This document shows, in pieces, positions 15,711 through 31,600 of a stretch of DNA of 64,000 nucleotides. Position numbers and translations under genes: made by a program. Where the stretch lies: positions 111,104,001 to 111,168,000 of the forward strand of contig OZ024744.1 in NCBI GenBank assembly GCA_964016885.1, given 5' to 3'. The notes under the pieces are model-generated. The model did no database searches and had not been told where the DNA came from. It was given only the letters and a program-made list of their open reading frames with translations. The DNA is from Eledone cirrhosa. Lineage: Eukaryota. Each line of letters begins with the position of its first letter. The stretch's first letter is position 1.

Positions 15711-18700
15711 CACAGTAAAACTACACAATCCACTATTACTTACATTGCTCTGAACACAGAAAAACTACACAATCCACTATAACTTACTTTGCCATGAACA
15801 GAGTAAAACTACACAATCCACTACAACTTACCTTGCACTGAACACAGTAAAACTACCCAATCCACTATAAATTACCTTCCTCTGAACACAGTAAAACTAC
15901 ACAATCCACTATAACTTAACTGGCCCTGAACACAGTAACACTACACAATCCACTCTAACTTACCTTGCCCAGAACAAAGTATAACTACGTAATCCACTAT
16001 ACCTTACCTTGCCCTGAACACAGTCAAACTACACAATCCACTATAGCTTACATTGCTCTGAACACAGTAAAACTACACAATCCACTATAGCTTACCTTGC
16101 CCTGAACACAGTAAAACTACACAATCCACTATAGCTTACCTTGCCCTGAACACAGAAAAACTAAACAATCCACTATAACTTACATTGCCCTGAACACAGT
16201 AAAACTACACAATCCACTATAAATTACCTTGCTCTGAACACAGTAAAATTACACAATCCACTATAACTTACTTTGCCATGAACACAGTAAAACTACACAA
16301 TCCACTACAACTTACCTTGCACTGAACACAGTAAAACTACACAATCCACTATAAATTACCTTCCTCTGAACACAGTAAAACTACACAATCCACTATAACT
16401 TAACTGGCCCTGAACACAATAACACTACACAATCCACTCTAACTTACCTTGCCCAGAACAAAGTATAACTACGTAATCCACTATACCTTACCTTGCCCTG
16501 AACACAGTCAAACTACACAATCCACTATAGCTTACATTGCTCTGAACACAGTAAAACTACACAATCCACTATAGCTTACCTTGCCCTGAACACAGTAAAA
16601 CTACACAATCCACTATAGCTTACCTTGCCCTGAACACAGAAAAACTAAACAATCCACTATAACTTACATTGCCCTGAACACAGTAAAACTACACAATCCA
16701 CTATAAATTACCTTGCTCTGAACACAGTAAAATTACACAATCCACTATAACTTACCTTGCTCTGAACACAGTAAACCTACACAATCCACTATAAATTACC
16801 TTGCCCTGAACACAGTAAACTACACAATCCACTATAAGTTACCTTGCTCTGAACACAGTAAAACAACACAATCCACTAAAACTTAACTGGCCCTGAACAC
16901 AGTAAAACTACACAATCCACTATAACTTACCATGCCCTGAACACAGTAAAACTAAACAATCCACTATAACTTACCTTGCTCTGAACACAGTAAAACTACA
17001 CAATCCACTATACCTTACCTTGGCCTGAACACAGTAAAACTACACAATCCACTATAGCTTACATTGCTCTGAACACAGTAAAACTACACAATCCATTATA
17101 GCTTACCTTGCCCTGAAAACAGTGGAACTACACAATCCACTATAAATTACCTTGCTCTGAACACAGTAAAACTACACAATCCACTATAACTTACCTTGCT
17201 CTGAACACAGTAAAACTACACAATCCACTATAACTTACTTTGCCATGAACACAGTAAAACTACACAATCCACTATAACTTACCTTGCACTGAACACAGTA
17301 AAACTACACAATCCACTATAGTTTACCTTGCCCTGAACACAGTAAAACTACACAATCCACTATAACGTACCTTGCCCTGAACACAGTAAAACTACTTAAT
17401 TCACTATAACTTACCTTGCTCTGAACACAGTAAAACTACACAATCCACTATACCTTACCTTGCCCTGAACACAGTAAAACTACACAATCCACTATAGCTT
17501 ACATTGCTCTGAACACAGTAAAACTACACAATCCACTATAAATTACCTTGCCCTGAACACAGTAAAACTACACAATCCACTATTACTTACCTTGCCCTGA
17601 ACACAGAATAACTACACAATCCACTATAACTTAACTGGCCGTGAACACAGTAAAACTACACAATCCACTATTACTTACCTTGCTCTGAACACAGTAAAAC
17701 TACACAATCCACTATTACTTACCTTGCTCTGAACACAGAAAAACTACACAATCCACTATAACTTACTTTGCCATGAACACAGTAAAACTACACAATCCAC
17801 TATTACTTACCTTGCTCTGAACACAGAAAAACTACACAATCCACTATAACTTACTTTGCCATGAACACAGTAAAACTACACAATCCACTATAACTTAACT
17901 GGCCCTGAACACAGTAACACTACACAATCAACTATAACTTACCTTGCTCTGAACACAGTAAAACTACACAATGCACTATAACTTACTTTGCCATGAACAC
18001 AGTAAAACTACACAATCCACTAAAACTTACCTTGCACTGAACACAGTAAAACTACACAATCCACTATAAATTACCTTGTTCTGAACACAGTAAAACTACA
18101 CAATCCACTCTAACTTACCTTGCCCGGAACAAAGTAAAACTACGTAATCCACTATACCTTACCTTGCCCTGAACACAGTGAAACTACACAATCCACTATA
18201 ACTTACCTTGCTCTGAACACAGTAAAACTACACAATCCACTATACCTTACCTTGCCCTGAACACAGTAAAACTACATAATCCACTATAGTTTACCTTGCC
18301 CTGAACACAATAAAACTACACAATCCACTATAAATTACCTTGCTCTGAACACAATAAAACTACACAATCCACTATAACTTAACTGGCCCTGAACACAGTA
18401 AAACTACACAATCCACTATAACTTACCTTGCCCTGAACACAGTAAAACTACACAATCCACTATAACAAACATTGCCCTGAACACGGTAAAACTACACAAA
18501 CCACTATAAATTACCTTGCCCTGAACACAGTAAAACTACATAATCCACTATAGTTTACCTTGCCCTGAACACAATAAAACTACACAATCCACTATAAATT
18601 ACCTTGCCCTGAACACAGTAAAACTACACAATCCACTATAACGTACCTTGCCCTGAACACAGTAAAACTACTTAATTCACTATAACTTACCTTGCCCTGA

Positions 18701-21700
18701 ACACAGTAAAACTACACAATCCACTATAACGTACCTTGCCCTGAACACAGTAAAACTACTTAATTCACTATAACTTACCTTGCTCTGAACACAATAAAAC
18801 TACACAATCCACTATAACTTAACTGGCCCTGAACACAGTAAAACTACACAATCCACTATAACGTACCTTGCCCTGAACACAGTAAAACTACTTAATTCAC
18901 TATAACTTACCTTGCCCTGAACATAGTAAATCTACACAATCCACTATAACTTACCTTGCTCTGAACACAGTAAAACTACACAATCCACTATACCTTACCT
19001 TGCCCTGAACACAGTAAAACTACACAATCCACTATAACTTACCTTGCCCTGAACACAGTAAAACTACACAATCCTCTATAACTTACCTTGCTGTGAACAC
19101 AGTAAAACTACACAATCCACTATGCCTTACCTTGCCCTGAACACAGTAAAACTACACAATCCACTATTACTTACATTGCTCTGAACACAGAAAAACTACA
19201 CAATCCACTATAACTTACTTTGCCATGAACACAGTAAAACTACACAATCCACTACAACTTACCTTGCACTGAACACAGTAAATCTACACAATCCACTATA
19301 AATTACCTTCCTCTGAACACAGTAAAACTACACAATCCACTATAACTTAACTGGCCCTGAACACAGTAACACTACACAATCCACTATAACTTACCTTGCT
19401 CTGAACACAGTAAAACTACACAATCCACTATAACTTACTTTGCCATGAACACAGTAAAACTACACAATCCACTATAACTTACCTTGCACTGAACACAGTA
19501 AAACTACACAATCCACTATAGTTTACCTTGCCCTGAACACAGTAAAACTACACAATCCACTATAACGTACCTTGCCCTGAACACAGTAAAACTACTTAAT
19601 TCACTATAACTTACCTTGCTCTGAACACAGTAAAACTACACAATCCACTATACCTTACCTTGCCCTGAACACAGTAAAACTACACAATCCACTATAGCTT
19701 ACATTGCTCTGAACACAGTAAAACTACACAATCCATTATAGCTTACCTTGCCCTGAAAACAGTGGAACTACACAATCCACTATAAATTACCTTGCCCTGA
19801 ACACAGTAAAACTACACAATCCACTATTACTTACCTTGCCCTGAACACAGAATAACTACACGATCCACTATAACTTAACTGGCCCTGAACACAGTAAAAC
19901 TACACAATCCACTATTACTTACCTTGCTCTGAACACAGTAAAATTACACAATCCACTATAACTTACCTTGCCCGGAACACAGTAAACCTACACAATCCAC
20001 TATAAGTTACCTTGCTCTGAACACAGTAAAACAACACAATCCACTATAACTTAACTGGCCCTGAACACAGTAAAACTACACAATCCACTATAACTTACCA
20101 TGCCCTGAACACAGTAAAACTAAACAATCCACTATAACTTACCTTGCTCTGAACACAGTAAAACTACACAATCCACTATACCTTACCTTGGCCTGAACAC
20201 AGTAAAACTACACAATCCACTATAGCTTACATTGCTCTGAACACAGTAAAACTACACAATCCATTATAGCTTACCTTGCCCTGAAAACAGTGGAACTACA
20301 CAATCCACTATAAATTACCTTGCTCTGAACACAGTAAAACTACACAATCCACTATAACTTACCTTGCTCTGAACACAGTAAAACTACACAATCCACTATA
20401 ACTTACTTTGCCATGAACACAGTAAAACTACACAATCCACTATAACTTACCTTGCACTGAACACAGTAAAACTACACAATCCTCTATAGTTTACCTTGCC
20501 CTGAACACAGTAAAACTACACAATCCACTATAACGTACCTTGCCCTGAACACAGTAAAACTTCTTAATTCACTATAAGTTACCTTGCTCTGAACACAGTA
20601 AAACTACACAATCCACTATACCTTACCTTGCCCTGAACACAGTAAAACTACACAATCCACTATAGCTTACATTGCTCTGAACACAGTAAAACTACACAAT
20701 CCACTATAAATTACCTTGCCCTGAACACAGTAAAACTACACAATCCACTATTACTTACCTTGCCCTGAACACAGAATAACTACACAATCCACTATAACTT
20801 AACTGGCCCTGAACACAGTAAAACTACACAATCCACTATTACTTACCTTGCTCTGAACACAGTAAAACTACACAATCCACTATTACTTACCTTGCTCTGA
20901 ACACAGAAAAACTACACAATCCACTATAACTTACTTTGCCATGAACACAGTAAAACTACACAATCCACTATTACTTACCTTGCTCTGAACACAGAAAAAC
21001 TACACAATCCACTATAACTTACTTTGCCATGAACACAGTAAAACTACACAATCCACTATAACTTAACTTGCCCTGAACACAGTAACACTACACAATCAAC
21101 TAGAACTTACCTTGCTCTGAACACAGTAAAACTACACAATGCACTATAACTTACTTTGCCATGAACACAGTAAAACTACACAATCCACTAAAACTTACCT
21201 TGCACTGAACACAGTAAAACTACACAATCCACTATAAATTACCTTGTTCAGAACACAGTAAAACTACACAATCCACTCTAACTTACCTTGCCCGGAACAA
21301 AGTAAAACTACGTAATCCACTATACCTTACCTTGCCCTGAACACAGTGAAACTACACAATCCACTATAACTTACCTTGCTCTGAACACAGTAAAACTACA
21401 CAATCCACTATACCTTACCTTGCCCTGAACACAGTAAAACTACATAATCCACTATAGTTTACCTTGCCCTGAACACAATAAAACTACACAATCCACTATA
21501 AATTACCTTGCTCTGAACACAATAAAACTACACAATCCACTATAACTTAACTGGCCCTGAACACAGTAAAACTACACAATCCACTATAACTTACCTTGCC
21601 CTGAACACAGTAAAACTACACAATCCACTATAACAAACATTGCCCTGAACACGGTAAAACTACACAAACCACTATAAATTACCTTGCCCTGAACACAGTA

Positions 21701-22629
21701 AAACTACATAATCCACTATAGTTTACCTTGCCCTGAACACAATAAAACTACACAATCCACTATAAATTACCTTGCCCTGAACACAGTAAAACTACACAAT
21801 CCACTATAACGTACCTTGCCCTGAACACAGTAAAACTACTTAATTCACTATAACTTACCTTGCTCTGAACACAGTAAAACTACACAATCCACTATACCTT
21901 ACCTTGCCCTGAACACAGTAAAACTACACAATCCACTATAACTTACCTTGCCCTGAACACAGTAAAACTACACAATCCTCTATAACTTACCTTGCTGTGA
22001 ACACAGTAAAACTACACAATCCACTATGCCTTACCTTGCCCTGAACACAGTAAAACTACACAATCCACTATTACTTACATTGCTCTGAACACAGAAAAAC
22101 TACACAATCCACTATAACTTACTTTGCCATGAACACAGTAAAACTACACAATCCACTACAACTTACCTTGCACTGAACACAGTAAAACTACACAATCCAC
22201 TATAAATTACCTTCCTCTGAACACAGTAAAACTACACAATCCACTATAACTTAACTGGCCCTGAACACAGTAACACTACACAATCCACTCTAACTTACCT
22301 TGCCCAGAACAAAGTATAACTACGTAATCCACTATACCTTACCTTGCCCTGAACACAGTCAAACTACACAATCCACTATAGCTTACATTGCTCTGAACAC
22401 AGTAAAACTACACAATCCACTATAGCTAACCTTGCCCTGAACACAGTAAAACTACACAATCCACTATAGCTTACCTTGCCCTGAACACAGAAAAACTAAA
22501 CAATCCACTATAACTTACATTGCCCTGAACACAGTAAAACTACACAATCCACTATAAATTACCTTGCTCTGAACACAGTAAAATTACACAATCCACTATA
22601 ACTTACTTTGCCATGAACTCAGTAAAACT

Positions 22630-25600
22630 ACACAATCCACTACAACTTACCTTGCACTGAACACAGTAATACTACACAATCCACTATAAATTACCTTCCT
22701 CTGAACACAGTAAAACTACACAATCCACTATAACTTAACTGGCCCTGAACACAGTAACACTACACAATCCACTCTAACTTACCTTGCCCAGAACAATGTA
22801 TAACTACGAAATCCACTATACCTTACCTTGCCCTGAACACAGTCAAACTACACAATCCACTATAGCTTACATTGCTCTGAACACAGTAAAACTACACAAT
22901 CCACTATAGCTTACCTTGCCCTGAACACAGTAAAACTACACAATCCACTATAGCTTACCTTGCCCTGAACACAGAAAAACTAAACAATCCACTATAACTT
23001 ACATTGCCCTGAACACAGTAAAACTACACAATCCACTATAAATTACCTTGCTCTGAACACAGTAAAATTACACAATCCACTATAACTTACCTTGCTCTGA
23101 ACACAGTAAACCTACACAATCCACTATAAATTACCTTGCCCAGAACACAGTAAAACTACACAATCCACTATAAGTTACCTTGCTCTGAACACAGTAAAAC
23201 AACACAATCCACTATAACTTGACTGGCCCTGAACACAGTAAAACTACACAATCCACTATAACTTACCATGCCCTGAACACAGTAAAACTAAACAATCCAC
23301 TATAACTTACCTTGCTCTGAACACAGTAAAACTACACAATCCACTATACCTTACCTTGGCCTGAACACAGTAAAACTACACAATCCACTATAGCTTACAT
23401 TGCTCTGAACACAGTAAAACTACACAATCCATTATAGCTTACCTTGCCCTGAAAACAGTGGAACTACACAATCCACTATAAATTACCTTGCTCTGAACAC
23501 AGTAAAACTACACAATCCACTATAACTTACCTTGCACTGAACACAGTAAAACTACACAATCCACTATAACTTACTTTGCCATGAACACAGTAAAACTACA
23601 CAATCCACTATAACTTACCTTGCACTGAACACAGTAAAACTACACAATCCACTATAGTTTACCTTGCCCTGAACACAGTAAAACTACACAATCCACTATA
23701 ACGTACCTTGCCCTGAACACAGTAAAACTACTTAATTCACTATAACTTACCTTGCTCTGAACACAGTAAAACTACACAATCCACTATACCTTACCTTGCC
23801 CTGAACACAGTAAAACTACACAATCCACTATAGCTTACATTGCTCTGAACACAGTAAAACTACACAATCCACTATAAATTACCTTGCCCTGAACACAGTA
23901 AAACTACACAATCCACTATTACTTACCTTGCCCTGAACACAGAATAACTACACAATCCACTATAACTTAACTGGCCCTGAACACAGTAAAACTACACAAT
24001 CCACTATTACTTACCTTGCTCTGAACACAGTAAAACTACACAATCCACTATTACTTACCTTGCTCTGAACACAGAAAAACTACACAATCCACTATAACTT
24101 ACTTTGCCATGAACACAGTAAAACTACACAATCCACTATTACTTACCTTGCCCTGAACACAGAAAAACTACACAATCCACTATAACTTACTTTGCCATGA
24201 ACACAGTAAAACTACACAATCCACTATAACTTAACTGGCCCTGAACACAGTAACACTACACAATCAACTATAACTTACCTTGCTCTGAACACAGTAAAAC
24301 TACACAATGCACTATAACTTACTTTGCCATGAACACAGTAAAACTACACAATCCACTATAACTTACCTTGCACTGAACACAGTAAAACTACACAATCCAC
24401 TATAAATTACCTTGCTCTGAACACAGTAAAATTACACAATCCACTATAACTTACTTTGCCATGAACACAGTAAAACTACACAATCCACTACAACTTACCT
24501 TGCACTGAACACAGTAATACTACACAATCCACTATAAATTACCTTCCTCTGAACACAGTAAAACTACACAATCCACTATAACTTAACTAGCCCTGAACAC
24601 AGTAACACTACACAATCCACTCTAACTTACCTTGCCCAGAACAATGTATAACTACGAAATCCACTATACCTTACCTTGCCCTGAACACAGTCAAACTACA
24701 CAATCCACTATAGCTTACATTGCTCTGAACACAGTAAAACTACACAATCCACTATAGCTTACCTTGCCCTGAACACAGTAAAACTACACAATCCACTATA
24801 GCTTACCTTGCCCTGAACACAGAAAAACTAAACAATCCACTATAACTTACATTGCCCTGAACACAGTAAAACTACACAATCCACTATAAATTACCTTGCT
24901 CTGAACACAGTAAAATTACACAATCCACTATAACTTACCTTGCTCTGAACACAGTAAACCTACACAATCCACTATAAATTACCTTGCCCTGAACACAGTA
25001 AAACTACACAATCCACTATAAGTTACCTTGCTCTGAACACAGTAAAACAACACAATCCACTATAACTTGACTGGCCCTGAACACAGTAAAACTACACAAT
25101 CCTCTATAACTTACCTTGCTGTGAACACAGTAAAACTACACAATCCACTATGCCTTAACTTGCCCTGAACACAGTAAAACTACACAATCCACTATTACTT
25201 ACATTGCTCTGAACACAGAAAAACTACAGAATCCACTATAACTTACCTTGCACTGAACACAGTAAAACTACACAATCCACTATAAATTACCTTCCTCTGA
25301 ACACAGTAAAACTACACAATCCACTATAACTTAACTGGCCCTGAACACGGTAACTCTACACAATCCACTCTAACTTACCTTGCCCAGAACAAAGTATAAC
25401 TACGTAATCCACTATACCTTACCTTGCCCTGAACACAGTCAAACTACACAATCCACTATAGCTTACATTGCTCTGAACACAGTAAAACTACACAATCCAC
25501 TATAACTTAACTGGCCCTGAACACAGTAACACTACACAATCCACTCTAACTTACCTTGCCCAGAACAAAGTATAACTACGTAATCCACTATACCTTACCT

Positions 25601-28600
25601 TGCCCTGAACACAGTCAAACTACACAATCCACTATAGCTTACATTGCTCTGAACACAGTAAAACTACACAATCCACTATAGCTTACCTTGCCCTGAACAC
25701 AGTAAAACTACACAATCCACTATAGCTTACCTTGCCCTGAACACAGAAAAACTAAACAATCCACTATAACTTACATTGCCCTGAACACAGTAAAATTACA
25801 CAATCCACTATAACTTACCTTGCTCTGAACACAGTAAACCTACACAATCCACTATAAATTACCTTGCCCTGAACACAGTAAAACTACACAATCCACTATA
25901 AGTTACCTTGCTCTGAACACAGTAAAACAACACAATCCACTATAACTTAACTGGCCCTGAACACAGTAAAACTACACAATCCACTATAACTTACCATGCC
26001 CTGAACACAGTAAAACTAAACAATCCACTATAACTTACCTTGCTCTGAACACAGTAAAACTACACAAACCACTATACCTTACCTTGCCCTGAACACAGTA
26101 AAACTACACAATCCACTATACCTTACCTTGGCCTGAACACAGTAAAACTACACAATCCACTATAGCTTACATTGCTCTGAACACAGTAAAACTACACAAT
26201 CCATTATAGCTTACCTTGCCCTGAAAACAGTGGAACTACACAATCCACTATAAATTACCTTGCTCTGAACACAGTAAAACTACACAATCCACTATAACTT
26301 ACCTTGCTCTGAACACAGTAAAACTACACAATCCACTATAACTTACTTTGCCATGAACACAGTAAAACTACACAATACACTATAACTTACCTTGCACTGA
26401 ACACAGTAAAACTACACAATCCACTATAGTTTACCTTGCCCTGAACACAGTAAAACTACACAATCCACTATAACGTACCTTGCCCTGAACACAGTAAAAC
26501 TACTTAATTCACTATAACTTACCTTGCTCTGAACACAGTAAAACTACACAATCCACTATACCTTACCTTGCCCTGAACACAGTAAAACTACACAATCCAC
26601 TATAGCTTACATTGCTCTGAACACAGTAAAACTACACAATCCACTATAAATTACCTTGCCCTGAACACAGTAAAACTACACAATCCACTATTACTTACCT
26701 TGCCCTGAACACAGAATAACTACACAATCCACTATAACTTAACTGGCCCTGAACACAGTAAAACTACACAATCCACTATAACTTAACTGGCCCTGAACAC
26801 AGTAACACTACACAATCAACTATAACTTACCTTGCTCTGAACACAGTAAAACTACACAATGCACTATAACTTACTTTGCCATGAACACAGTAAAACTACA
26901 CAATCCACTAAAACTTACCTTGCACTGAACACAGTAAAACTACACAATCCACTATAAATTACCTTGTTCTGAACACAGTAAAACTACACAATCCACTCTA
27001 ACTTACCTTGCCCGGAACAAAGTAAAACTACGTAATCCACTATGCCTTACCTTGCCCTGAACACAGTGAAACTACACAATCCACTATAACTTACCTTGCT
27101 CTGAACACAGTAAAACTACACAATCCACTATACCTTACCTTGCCCTGAACACAGTAAAACTACATAATCCACTATAGTTTACCTTGCCCTGAACACAATA
27201 AATCTACACAATCCACTATAAATTACCTTGCTCTGAACACAATAAAACTACACAATCCACTATAACTTAACTGGCCCTGAACACAGTAAAACTACACAAT
27301 CCACTATAACTTACCTTGCCCTGAACACAGTAAAACTATACAATCCACTATAACAAACATTGCCCTGAACACGGTAAAACTACACAAACCACTATAAATT
27401 ACCTTGCCCTGAACACAGAAAAACTACATAATCCACTATAGTTTACCTTGCCCTGAACACAATAAAACTACACAATCCACTATAAATTACCTTGCCCTGA
27501 ACACAGTAAAACTACACAATCCACTATAACCTACCTTGCCCTGAACACAGTAAAACTACTTAATTCACTATAACTTACCTTGCCCTGAACACAGTAAAAC
27601 TACACAATCCACTATAACTTACCTTGACCTGACCAGAGTAAAACTACACAACCCACTATAACTTACCTTGCTCTGAACACAGTAAAACTACACAATCCAC
27701 TATACCTTACCTTGCCCTGAACACAGTAAAACTACACAATCCACTATAACTTACCTTGCCCTGAACACAGTAAAACTACACAATCCTCTATAACTTACCT
27801 TGCTGTGAACACAGTAAAACTACACAATCCACTATGTCTTACATTGCCCTGAACACAGTAAAACTACACAATCCACTATTACTTACATTGCTCTGAACAC
27901 AGAAAAACTACACAATCCACTATAACTTACTTTGCCATGAACAGAGTAAAACTACACAATCCACTACAACTTACCTTGCACTGAACACAGTAATACTACA
28001 CAATCCACTATAAATTACCTTCCTCTGAACACAGTAAAACTACACAATCCACTATAACTTAACTGGCCCTGAACACAGTAACACTACACAATCCACTCTA
28101 ACTTACCTTGCCCAGAACAATGTATAACTACGAAATCCACTATACCTTACCTTGCCCTGAACACAGTCAAACTACACAATCCACTATAGCTTACATTGCT
28201 CTGAACACAGTAAAACTACACAATCCACTATAGCTTACCTTGCCCTGAACACAGTAAAACTACACAATCCACTATAGCTTACCTTGCCCTGAACACAGAA
28301 AAACTAAACAATCCACTATAACTTACATTGCCCTGAACACAGTAAAACTACACAATCCACTATAAATTACCTTGCTCTGAACACAGTAAAATTACACAAT
28401 CCACTATAACTTACCTTGCTCTGAACACAGTAAACCTACACAATCCACTATAAATTACCTTGCCCAGAACACAGTAAAACTACACAATCCACTATAAGTT
28501 ACCTTGCTCTGAACACAGTAAAACAACACAATCCACTATAACTTGACTGGCCCTGAACACAGTAAAACTACACAATCCACTATAACTTACCATGCCCTGA

Positions 28601-31600
28601 ACACAGTAAAACTAAACAATCCACTATAACTTACCTTGCTCTGAACACAGTAAAACTACACAATCCACTATACCTTACCTTGGCCTGAACACAGTAAAAC
28701 TACACAATCCACTATAGCTTACATTGCTCTGAACACAGTAAAACTACACAATCCATTATAGCTTACCTTGCCCTGAAAACAGTGGAACTACACAATCCAC
28801 TATAAATTACCTTGCTCTGAACACAGTAAAACTACACAATCCACTATAACTTACCTTGCACTGAACACAGTAAAACTACACAATCCACTATAACTTACTT
28901 TGCCATGAACACAGTAAAACTACACAATCCACTATAACTTACCTTGCACTGAACACAGTAAAACTACACAATCCACTATAGTTTACCTTGCCCTGAACAC
29001 AGTAAAACTACACAATCCACTATAACGTACCTTGCCCTGAACACAGTAAAACTACTTAATTCACTATAACTTACCTTGCTCTGAACACAGTAAAACTACA
29101 CAATCCACTATACCTTACCTTGCCCTGAACACAGTAAAACTACACAATCCACTATAGCTTACATTGCTCTGAACACAGTAAAACTACACAATCCACTATA
29201 AATTACCTTGCCCTGAACACAGTAAAACTACACAATCCACTATTACTTACCTTGCCCTGAACACAGAATAACTACACAATCCACTATAACTTAACTGGCC
29301 CTGAACACAGTAAAACTACACAATCCACTATTACTTACCTTGCTCTGAACACAGTAAAACTACACAATCCACTATTACTTACCTTGCTCTGAACACAGAA
29401 AAACTACACAATCCACTATAACTTACTTTGCCATGAACACAGTAAAACTACACAATCCACTATTACTTACCTTGCCCTGAACACAGAAAAACTACACAAT
29501 CCACTATAACTTACTTTGCCATGAACACAGTAAAACTACACAATCCACTATAACTTAACTGGCCCTGAACACAGTAACACTACACAATCAACTATAACTT
29601 ACCTTGCTCTGAACACAGTAAAACTACACAATGCACTATAACTTACTTTGCCATGAACACAGTAAAACTACACAATCCACTATAACTTACCTTGCACTGA
29701 ACACAGTAAAACTACACAATCCACTATAAATTACCTTGCTCTGAACACAGTAAAATTACACAATCCACTATAACTTACTTTGCCATGAACACAGTAAAAC
29801 TACACAATCCACTACAACTTACCTTGCACTGAACACAGTAATACTACACAATCCACTATAAATTACCTTCCTCTGAACACAGTAAAACTACACAATCCAC
29901 TATAACTTAACTAGCCCTGAACACAGTAACACTACACAATCCACTCTAACTTACCTTGCCCAGAACAATGTATAACTACGAAATCCACTATACCTTACCT
30001 TGCCCTGAACACAGTCAAACTACACAATCCACTATAGCTTACATTGCTCTGAACACAGTAAAACTACACAATCCACTATAGCTTACCTTGCCCTGAACAC
30101 AGTAAAACTACACAATCCACTATAGCTTACCTTGCCCTGAACACAGAAAAACTAAACAATCCACTATAACTTACATTGCCCTGAACACAGTAAAACTACA
30201 CAATCCACTATAAATTACCTTGCTCTGAACACAGTAAAATTACACAATCCACTATAACTTACCTTGCTCTGAACACAGTAAACCTACACAATCCACTATA
30301 ACTTACCTTGCCCTGAACACAGTAAAACTACACAATCCACTATAACTTACCTTGCTGTGAACACAGTAAAACTACACAATCCACTATTACTTACATTGCT
30401 CTGAACACAGAAAAACTACAGAATCCACTATAACTTACCTTGCACTGAACACAGTAAAACTACACAATCCACTATAAATTACCTTCCTCTGAACACAGTA
30501 AAACTACACAATCCACTATAACTTAACTGGCCCTGAACACGGTAACTCTACACAATCCACTCTAACTTACCTTGCCCAGAACAAAGTATAACTACGTAAT
30601 CCACTATACCTTACCTTGCCCTGAACACAGTCAAACTACACAATCCACTATAGCTTACATTGCTCTGAACACAGTAAAACTACACAATCCACTATAACTT
30701 AACTGGCCCTGAACACAGTAACACTACACAATCCACTCTAACTTACCTTGCCCAGAACAAAGTATAACTACGTAATCCACTATACCTTACCTTGCCCTGA
30801 ACACAGTCAAACTACACAATCCACTATAGCTTACATTGCTCTGAACACAGTAAAACTACACAATCCACTATAGCTTACCTTGCCCTGAACACAGTAAAAC
30901 TACACAATCCACTATAGCTTACCTTGCCCTGAACACAGAAAAACTAAACAATCCACTATAACTTACATTGCCCTGAACACAGTAAAATTACACAATCCAC
31001 TATAACTTACCTTGCTCTGAACACAGTAAACCTACACAATCCACTATAAATTACCTTGCCCTGAACACAGTAAAACTACACAATCCACTATAAGTTACCT
31101 TGCTCTGAACACAGTAAAACAACACAATCCACTATAACTTAACTGGCCCTGAACACAGTAAAACTACACAATCCACTATAACTTACCATGCCCTGAACAC
31201 AGTAAAACTAAACAATCCACTATAACTTACCTTGCTCTGAACACAGTAAAACTACACAAACCACTATACCTTACCTTGCCCTGAACACAGTAAAACTACA
31301 CAATCCACTATACCTTACCTTGGCCTGAACACAGTAAAACTACACAATCCACTATAGCTTACATTGCTCTGAACACAGTAAAACTACACAATCCATTATA
31401 GCTTACCTTGCCCTGAAAACAGTGGAACTACACAATCCACTATAAATTACCTTGCTCTGAACACAGTAAAACTACACAATCCACTATAACTTACCTTGCT
31501 CTGAACACAGTAAAACTACACAATCCACTATAACTTACTTTGCCATGAACACAGTAAAACTACACAATACACTATAACTTACCTTGCACTGAACACAGTA

